Below, piece after piece: positions 57,433 to 64,000 of a DNA stretch of 64,000 nucleotides. Each line of letters starts with the position of its first letter. Position 1 is the first letter of the stretch. Source of the stretch: Escherichia coli (GTDB taxonomy: Bacteria > Pseudomonadota > Gammaproteobacteria > Enterobacterales > Enterobacteriaceae); assembly GCF_029227855.1 (NCBI RefSeq), contig NZ_CP074356.1; one strand, written 5' to 3'. Below the pieces are notes generated by a model, which was not told the DNA's origin, did no database searches, and was given only the letters and a program-made list of their open reading frames with translations. Both the position numbers and the translations under genes were made by a program.

Positions 57433-58075
57433 TCAGGAACCGGCTACTATCCTGCTGATCGACGATCACCCGATGCTGCGAACTGGCGTAAAACAGCTTA
57501 TCAGTATGGCACCAGATATCACCGTGGTTGGCGAAGCGAGTAATGGCGAACAGGGTATTGAACTGGCGGAATCTCTTGATCCCGATTTGATCCTGTTAGA
57601 TCTCAATATGCCCGGCATGAACGGTCTGGAAACGCTGGATAAACTGCGCGAAAAGTCCCTCTCCGGGCGCATTGTGGTATTCAGCGTTTCTAACCATGAA
57701 GAAGATGTGGTCACCGCACTGAAACGCGGCGCGGATGGCTATCTGTTAAAAGATATGGAACCGGAAGATCTGCTGAAAGCGTTACATCAGGCAGCTGCTG
57801 GCGAAATGGTATTAAGCGAAGCATTAACGCCTGTTCTGGCCGCCAGCTTGCGTGCTAACCGTGCCACTACTGAGCGCGATGTTAACCAGTTAACCCCACG
57901 CGAGCGCGATATTCTCAAGCTGATTGCCCAGGGTTTGCCGAACAAGATGATTGCCCGCCGCCTGGACATCACCGAAAGCACAGTAAAAGTGCACGTCAAG
58001 CACATGCTGAAGAAAATGAAGCTCAAGTCTCGCGTGGAAGCAGCGGTATGGGTGCATCAGGAGCGCATTTTCTGA
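57425..58075 (+). CDS. narL: nitrate/nitrite response regulator
   Basis: Start refined to [22 protein letters not shown] (216 aa); LuxR-type HTH C-terminus. Confidence 0.95.
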
Positions 58076-59470
58076 TTACGGTTCCCAGCGCAGTTCGTCG
58101 TTTGACAATGCATCGAACGGTTCGACAAGCGTTAGCGTGATCTCATTGGAGGAGACACGCTGCCCCTGGTTATCTTCCACCACCACCGACAATCGCCAGT
58201 GATTGCTCGCCCCTTCCCCGTTCTGCCAGTCAGGCATGATCAGCGTCCAGCCCTCCACGCTGTTGGCTTGTGCGCCCGGCGTCAAACTTAATATCTGCGT
58301 ATCGCCCTGCCAAATCAGTTGCCGAATACCGTAACGACTGCGGATTTGTAATTTCAGCGGCACTGTTTCGCCAGGTTTTAGATCCCACGGAGGTGTCGCC
58401 AGAAACACCGTTAACGTTTTTCGCTGTCGGTACTCAAGAGTCGGTAGATTATTTCGCTGCGGATTGTCATAGCGACTACCACGTAACGACTGACTTTCGG
58501 CAACCTCGCCCGCAGAAAGTTGTTTTTTGAGCGGTACACCAAAGCGGTAATTAAGACTCAGCCCGAGGTTATTTTGATTTTCGCCACTTTCACCCTGTTT
58601 ATGCTGGGCCGTCACAGTGACTAATGGCACTGGGGTGTAATTTAATCCCAGACTCAACGCGACGGGATTGTGATAACCCGTACCAGAGTTAAACAAATCA
58701 ACACGATCACCAAAATACTGTTCTACGCTGACACTGGTATTGAGGTGTTGATAGAACGGCATGCGCATCCGGGCTGTCAGGTCGTACCCGCGCGCCATCC
58801 GTTGTTCCTGCGTGGCTGTCTGTTCGTGCCATGCAGCAAACGGCTGGTAAAAGTTTGCCGATAGTCGCAAATATTCGCCCCACGCTTCGGCACCAAAGCC
58901 CGCTCGCTGAAGATTTTCGTCCAGCAAGTAGTCATAAAAAGTGTTATAACCCACCAGCCAGCTGCCGCGCGCCCAGCGTTGCCCAACGCCCACATTGCTC
59001 ACCAACCCATCATCCTGCTGAGTAAGACCCAGCTGGCTCCAGGTGAGATAACGATCATTATCTTGTAACGGCACAAACCAGCTTCCACGACTGCCGGTGA
59101 AATGTCCTTCGTTATCCAGTTTGACGTCAACACTGGCATTTCCCCACGGTGATAGCCAGGATTCTACGTGCTGATTAACCTGTTGACTAAGCGCATCGCG
59201 GACTTTTCCCAATGCGAAAGCTTTTGCCTGCTCGCCAGTATCCAGCCCGTTATCATTCATACTGGTTTCGCCGAAATCTTTCACAATTTCAGCAAAGTGT
59301 TTTTCCCCATCATGATTTTCAGGTGCCATGCCTAAATCCGGCAGACCATCATTGTTATTATCAAAGGGATTTGCCGCTTTTTGCTCGAAGGTAGATTGTG
59401 CGTTAGCTGTACCGCCTGCCGCCAGTAAGAGTAAATAAAACGGAATAATGCGAGGAACGAAACGGCTCAA
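58076..59470 (-). CDS. ychO: invasin/intimin-like outer membrane beta-barrel protein YchO
   Basis: ORF-track ATG at 59506 gives 476 aa; a TTG 12 codons downstream gives a cleaner signal peptide (M)SRFVPRIIPFYLLLLAAGGTANA-QS. Start uncertain. Confidence 0.7.
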   Translation of the reverse strand: MSRFVPRIIPFYLLLLAAGGTANAQSTFEQKAANPFDNNNDGLPDLGMAPENHDGEKHFAEIVKDFGETSMNDNGLDTGEQAKAFALGKVRDALSQQVNQHVESWLSPWGNASVDVKLDNEGHFTGSRGSWFVPLQDNDRYLTWSQLGLTQQDDGLVSNVGVGQRWARGSWLVGYNTFYDYLLDENLQRAGFGAEAWGEYLRLSANFYQPFAAWHEQTATQEQRMARGYDLTARMRMPFYQHLNTSVSVEQYFGDRVDLFNSGTGYHNPVALSLGLNYTPVPLVTVTAQHKQGESGENQNNLGLSLNYRFGVPLKKQLSAGEVAESQSLRGSRYDNPQRNNLPTLEYRQRKTLTVFLATPPWDLKPGETVPLKLQIRSRYGIRQLIWQGDTQILSLTPGAQANSVEGWTLIMPDWQNGEGASNHWRLSVVVEDNQGQRVSSNEITLTLVEPFDALSNDELRWEP

Positions 59471-59534
59471 AACGTCGGTAACTTCCGGTAAAAAATGAAA
59501 AACCATAGCCCTAAAGAATAACGATTACTGGCAA

Positions 59535-59638
<104 letters not shown>

Positions 59639-59655
59639 GAATACAGGAGTAAATA

Positions 59656-60009
59656 ATGCAAAAAATCGTGATCGTTGCCAATGGCGCACCTTACGGGAGC
59701 GAATCCTTGTTTAACAGCTTGCGGCTGGCCATTGCGTTACGAGAGCAGGAGAACAATCTGGATCTGCGTCTGTTCCTGATGTCTGATGCGGTCACAGCCG
59801 GGTTGCGCGGGCAAAAACCAGGGGAAGGCTACAACATTCAGCAAATGCTGGAGATCCTTACCGCTCAGAATGTACCGGTGAAATTGTGCAAAACCTGTAC
59901 CGACGGGCGCGGGATTAGCACACTTCCTCTGATTGATGGGGTGGAAATCGGTACTCTTGTGGAACTGGCGCAATGGACGCTGTCAGCCGATAAAGTGCTC
60001 ACATTTTAA
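59656..60009 (+). CDS. ychN: DsrE/DsrF-like protein YchN
   Basis: 117 aa MQKIVIVANGAPYGSESLFNSLRLAIAL... Confidence 0.88.
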   Translation: MQKIVIVANGAPYGSESLFNSLRLAIALREQENNLDLRLFLMSDAVTAGLRGQKPGEGYNIQQMLEILTAQNVPVKLCKTCTDGRGISTLPLIDGVEIGTLVELAQWTLSADKVLTF

Positions 60010-60052
60010 TGTTTGAGGGGGCGTCTGACGCCCCACTATGAGGGAAGTTTAC

Positions 60053-60748
60053 TCAGGCGAATCCCGGCCGTAACACACCATCCGGATAATTCTCCGCCAG
60101 CAGTTTTTTTACCGATACCAGCAAATCATTCAGCCCATCGTCCTGCATTCCCAGTTTGATAAGCTCCTGTTCCAGTGAAAACAGGTATTGTGCGTTGGTT
60201 CCCAGTGGACCGCTCGCCGCCGCAATCAACGGCGCGATGACCTGAGCGCGAGTGTCAGATTCATATTCTGGATGTCGCGGGTCCATAATAAACACAATGG
60301 CGTTTACTGTGCGTCCATCATCAAGATCAAGCTGACACCAGGTTGGCAGATAACAGCCGGTAATCATCTCGCGCTTCCACAACAGGGTTAGTTCCTGCTC
60401 CAGCGTCTCTTCTGGCAGTCGATAGGCGACGCCTGAGGTGCGTCCGCCCTCTTTCAGTGCAAGCATCCGTCCCGGCTGGTGCGCAGTCCCGCGCCCGGCG
60501 GTCAGGCGCAGGCAAAACGCGCGATGCCATCCAACCAGTGTACCGGTGCACGACTCGGTAAACTCCAGTGCCGGATTCCACATCAACGATCCATAACCGA
60601 AGATCCACACCGGTCCCTCATCAGGTCGACAAGCCAGCGTCGCCGCCAGCGAAGCCGCCCGTTGCTCTGCTGACCATAAGAGTGATTCTTCAATGGCACC
60701 AAATGCCGTTTTACAATCGGCATTCATCAAGAAATCACGCGTTATCAC
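60053..60748 (-). CDS. chaC: gamma-glutamylcyclotransferase ChaC
   Basis: GTG start gives 231 aa (M)ITRDFLMNADCKTAFGAIEESL...; YGSL motif (IFGYGSLMWNP). Confidence 0.85.
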   Translation of the reverse strand: MITRDFLMNADCKTAFGAIEESLLWSAEQRAASLAATLACRPDEGPVWIFGYGSLMWNPALEFTESCTGTLVGWHRAFCLRLTAGRGTAHQPGRMLALKEGGRTSGVAYRLPEETLEQELTLLWKREMITGCYLPTWCQLDLDDGRTVNAIVFIMDPRHPEYESDTRAQVIAPLIAAASGPLGTNAQYLFSLEQELIKLGMQDDGLNDLLVSVKKLLAENYPDGVLRPGFA

Positions 60749-60905
60749 CTTACACCTCCGCCACTGCATACTTCCCTGCGACAACTTTTTGGTGTCTTCC
60801 GGACATTTTTACTGCTCATTTTGAAACCACTAACGGGACAATATGCAATCCACGGACCACTTGCAAGGCAACACCGCACGAATAGCTTTAACTAAGCTAC
60901 CGGTT

Positions 60906-61136
60906 TTACGATTTTTTATGCCATTTATCATCATCCCCTTTGGCATATTCATGCTTCACAGCAGCCCAGGCCACTTTATGCGCGGTTTCTTCGCGACTGG
61001 CGTCATCACGCCGATCTTCTTTATCTTTATATTGATCCCATGCGCTGTTGAACGCTTCTTTATAGATATCCTGAGCATGAGACGGTAGCACGTGCTTTAC
61101 GCTTTCCGGCAGATCGCTTTTCGTTTTATACGGCAT
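60906..61136 (-). CDS. chaB: cation transport regulator ChaB
   Basis: 76 aa MPYKTKSDLPESVKHVLPSHAQDIYKEAFNSAWDQY... Confidence 0.9.
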   Translation of the reverse strand: MPYKTKSDLPESVKHVLPSHAQDIYKEAFNSAWDQYKDKEDRRDDASREETAHKVAWAAVKHEYAKGDDDKWHKKS

Positions 61137-61405
61137 CGTTGACTCCTTTTACAAAGTTGAACATTAAGTGTGGTCAACAATATCCACTCTTGCCAAAACA
61201 TAAGAATTTTCATGTCAGACTCTTCTTAAGAAACGCTAAAACAAACATTGTCTAAACGCATTGCTTATTTTTATGGCCCGATGAGTAAAAAATCGACAGC
61301 GGGGTAAAAATTCGTAAAATGTTACCGATATCCAGACACTTTCTGTTATTTTTCCTACCTATTTTTTACATTTTCGATAAATTCATCTGCAAAGGGATAA
61401 CCATA

Positions 61406-62506
61406 ATGTCAAATGCTCAAGAGGCGGTAAAAACCCGCCACAAGGAGACTTCGCTTATTTTCCCGGTTCTGGCGCTGGTAGTGCTGTTCCTGTGGGGAAG
61501 CAGCCAGACACTACCAGTGGTCATTGGCATCAATCTTCTTGCTCTTATTGGTATTTTAAGTAGCGCCTTTAGTGTTGTCCGTCATGCGGACGTATTAGCC
61601 CATCGCCTGGGAGAACCTTACGGTTCGCTTATTCTTAGCCTTTCAGTGGTTATTCTTGAAGTCAGTTTGATTTCAGCTTTAATGGCAACCGGCGATGCAG
61701 CGCCAACGCTAATGCGTGATACGCTCTATTCAATCATTATGATTGTTACCGGTGGGCTGGTTGGCTTTTCATTATTGTTGGGCGGACGCAAGTTTGCCAC
61801 CCAATATATGAATCTGTTTGGTATCAAGCAGTATTTAATTGCGCTGTTCCCCCTGGCGATAATCGTACTGGTATTTCCAATGGCTCTGCCTGCGGCGAAT
61901 TTTTCAACCGGTCAGGCGTTACTGGTAGCATTAATTTCTGCGGCAATGTATGGCGTATTTTTGCTGATCCAGACCAAAACGCATCAAAGTTTATTTGTCT
62001 ACGAGCACGAAGATGACAGTGATGATGACGACCCGCACCACGGTAAACCGTCTGCCCATAGCAGCCTTTGGCATGCTATCTGGTTGATTGTCCATCTGAT
62101 TGCCGTTATTGCAGTCACCAAAATGAACGCCAGCCCGCTGGAGACATTGCTCGACAGCATGAATGCCCCTGTCGCCTTTACTGGCTTCCTGGTGGCTCTG
62201 TTGATTCTGTCGCCGGAAGGTTTAGGTGCGTTAAAAGCAGTGTTGAACAACCAGGTCCAGCGCGCGATGAATCTGTTCTTTGGTTCAGTGTTAGCAACCA
62301 TTTCGCTTACCGTACCTGTCGTCACGCTAATTGCCTTTATGACGGGTAACGAATTGCAGTTTGCACTTGGTGCGCCAGAAATGGTAGTGATGGTGGCCTC
62401 TTTAGTGCTGTGCCATATCTCCTTCTCCACCGGACGTACTAACGTGCTCAATGGCGCAGCGCATCTGGCACTGTTTGCCGCCTATTTGATGACGATATTT
62501 GCCTGA
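61406..62506 (+). CDS. chaA: Na+(K+)/H+ and Ca2+/H+ antiporter ChaA
   Basis: Start refined to MSNAQEAVKTRHKETSLIFPVLALVV (366 aa). Confidence 0.9.
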   Translation: MSNAQEAVKTRHKETSLIFPVLALVVLFLWGSSQTLPVVIGINLLALIGILSSAFSVVRHADVLAHRLGEPYGSLILSLSVVILEVSLISALMATGDAAPTLMRDTLYSIIMIVTGGLVGFSLLLGGRKFATQYMNLFGIKQYLIALFPLAIIVLVFPMALPAANFSTGQALLVALISAAMYGVFLLIQTKTHQSLFVYEHEDDSDDDDPHHGKPSAHSSLWHAIWLIVHLIAVIAVTKMNASPLETLLDSMNAPVAFTGFLVALLILSPEGLGALKAVLNNQVQRAMNLFFGSVLATISLTVPVVTLIAFMTGNELQFALGAPEMVVMVASLVLCHISFSTGRTNVLNGAAHLALFAAYLMTIFA

Positions 62507-62792
62507 CAGTTATATCTCCTCCGATGACAGAAATCGGGGGAGATAATATAAATTCCTGCTTATTGTATTTCTTCATACTACCTGAACAGGTTGTTAATCA
62601 GAATTGCGAGCCTGTACCAGAACCTGCACGAAACCACTGCAACAGCTGTTGAAAAGCCGGAATGTACTCTTTATTGCAAACATTTCAGGGATGAAGTGAA
62701 GATGAATTGAGACGTAGTATCCACACCAAGCCGGCGTTATCCGGTGAGGCGCAATGTTGCGGGGGCTTTATCCCTGGTGGCATTGGTTGCTG

Positions 62793-62858
62793 GAAAGAGA
62801 AAACCCCCGCACGTTGAGAGGTAAAACCTGACAACAGAACGGGGGCTAATCTTGAACC
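62793..62858 (-). ncRNA. rdl: Rdl-type antisense RNA (antitoxin), copy 1
   Basis: Minus strand reads GGTTCAAGATTAGCCCCCGTTCTGTTGTCAGGTTTTACCTCTCAACGTGCGGGGGTTTTCTCTTT, matching recalled Rdl sequence and ending in a stem plus U-tract; lies antisense to the ldr leader. Ends approximate. Confidence 0.5.
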
Positions 62859-62911
62859 ATCAACAATTCAAGAATAGCCGCAAAATGTTGTCATTACAAC
62901 AAGGCGGCTAT

Positions 62912-63019
62912 ATGACGCTCGCGCAGTTTGCCATGATTTTCTGGCACGACCTGGCAGCACCGATCCTGGCGGGAATTATTACCGCAGCGATTGTCAGCTG
63001 GTGGCGTAACCGGAAGTAA
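62912..63019 (+). CDS. ldr: Ldr type I toxin peptide (35 aa)
   Basis: atgacgctcgcgcagtttgccatgattttctggcacgacctggcagcaccgatcctggcgggaattattaccgcagcgattgtcagctggtggcgtaaccggaagtaa = MTLAQFAMIFWHDLAAPILAGIITAAIVSWWRNRK; below ORF-track size cutoff. Confidence 0.85.
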   Translation: MTLAQFAMIFWHDLAAPILAGIITAAIVSWWRNRK

Positions 63020-63327
63020 GGTGAAAACGGGCGTCAGGCTGCCGTGATGGCAATATGCGCCCGAAACCGGCCGCAGGTGTAACAGCCTGCGGCCTTTTTT
63101 GTCTTTATCTCTTCCACAAGTAAATATTGGCAACCCGAGCTGGAAGCATCATCCAGAGCACTCATGAAACGACTGTAACAGCTGTTGAAAAACCGGAATG
63201 CACTCTTCATTGCATACATTTCAGGGATGAAGTGAAGATGAATTGAGTCGTAGTATCCACACCAAGCCGGCGTTATCCGGTGAGGCGCAATGTTGCGGGG
63301 GCTCTATCCCTGGTGGCATTGGTTGCT

Positions 63328-63393
63328 GGAAAGAGAAAACCCCCGCACGTTGAGAGGTATAACCTGACAACAGAACGGGGGCTAATCTTGAAC
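63328..63393 (-). ncRNA. rdl: Rdl-type antisense RNA (antitoxin), copy 2
   Basis: Same sequence as copy 1 with one or two substitutions. Confidence 0.5.
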
Positions 63394-63445
63394 CAGAACA
63401 ATTCAAAATAGCCGCAAAATGTTGTCATTACAACAAGGCGGCTAT

Positions 63446-63553
63446 ATGACGCTCACGCAGTTTGCCATGACTTTCTGGCACGACCTGGCAGCACCGATCC
63501 TGGCGGGAATTATTACCGCAGCGATTGTCAGCTGGTGGCGTAACCGGAAGTAA
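63446..63553 (+). CDS. ldr: Ldr type I toxin peptide (35 aa), variant copy
   Basis: MTLTQFAMTFWHDLAAPILAGIITAAIVSWWRNRK; differs from copy 1 at two residues (A4T, I9T). Confidence 0.85.
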   Translation: MTLTQFAMTFWHDLAAPILAGIITAAIVSWWRNRK

Positions 63554-63700
63554 GGTGAAAACGGGCGTCAGGCTGCCGTGATGGCAATATGCGCCCGAAA
63601 CCGGCCGCAGGAGTAACAGCCTGCGGCCTTTTTTGTATCCGGCCCCATGAAAAAAGCCTTAACGCAGAACGCTAAGGCTTTAGTTTTCAAGCAAAAAAGA

Positions 63701-64000
<300 letters not shown>

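Larger units (their letters stand above)
62630..63100 (+). repeat. long direct repeat (LDR) unit 1 carrying the ldr/rdl type I toxin-antitoxin pair
   Basis: About 470 bp unit repeated with a 537 bp period (unit 2 at 63167-63637), near-identical; ends in GGCCGCAGG..CCTGCGGCC-TTTTTT terminator at about 63069-63100. Confidence 0.85.
63167..63637 (+). repeat. long direct repeat (LDR) unit 2
   Basis: Second copy of the unit; terminator copy at about 63602-63631. Confidence 0.85.

Overview
This window reads as enterobacterial core chromosome, almost certainly Escherichia coli (or Shigella), covering the topA-trp-tonB-opp-adhE-hns-galU-nar-cha-kdsA segment in the opposite orientation to the conventional K-12 map. 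All identifications rest on reading the sequence and the ORF track and on recalled protein sequences and gene order; no database search was run. About 55 protein genes are callable, several with starts refined to internal ATG/GTG/TTG codons, plus two tandem tRNA-Tyr genes. Three things are not ordinary core sequence. (1) A roughly 1.5 kb low-GC islet (5411-6952) between btuR and rluB encodes a predicted outer-membrane lipoprotein and a tightly coupled 102 aa protein, neither recognisable to me; this is the best candidate for an undescribed system, function unknown. (2) Two near-identical IS200 copies sit head-to-tail (40063-41487) between the hns and galU terminators. (3) Two Ldr/Rdl type I toxin-antitoxin long direct repeats lie between chaA and kdsA (62630-63637), invisible to the ORF track because the toxin is 35 aa. 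No CRISPR array, integrase or prophage was seen.
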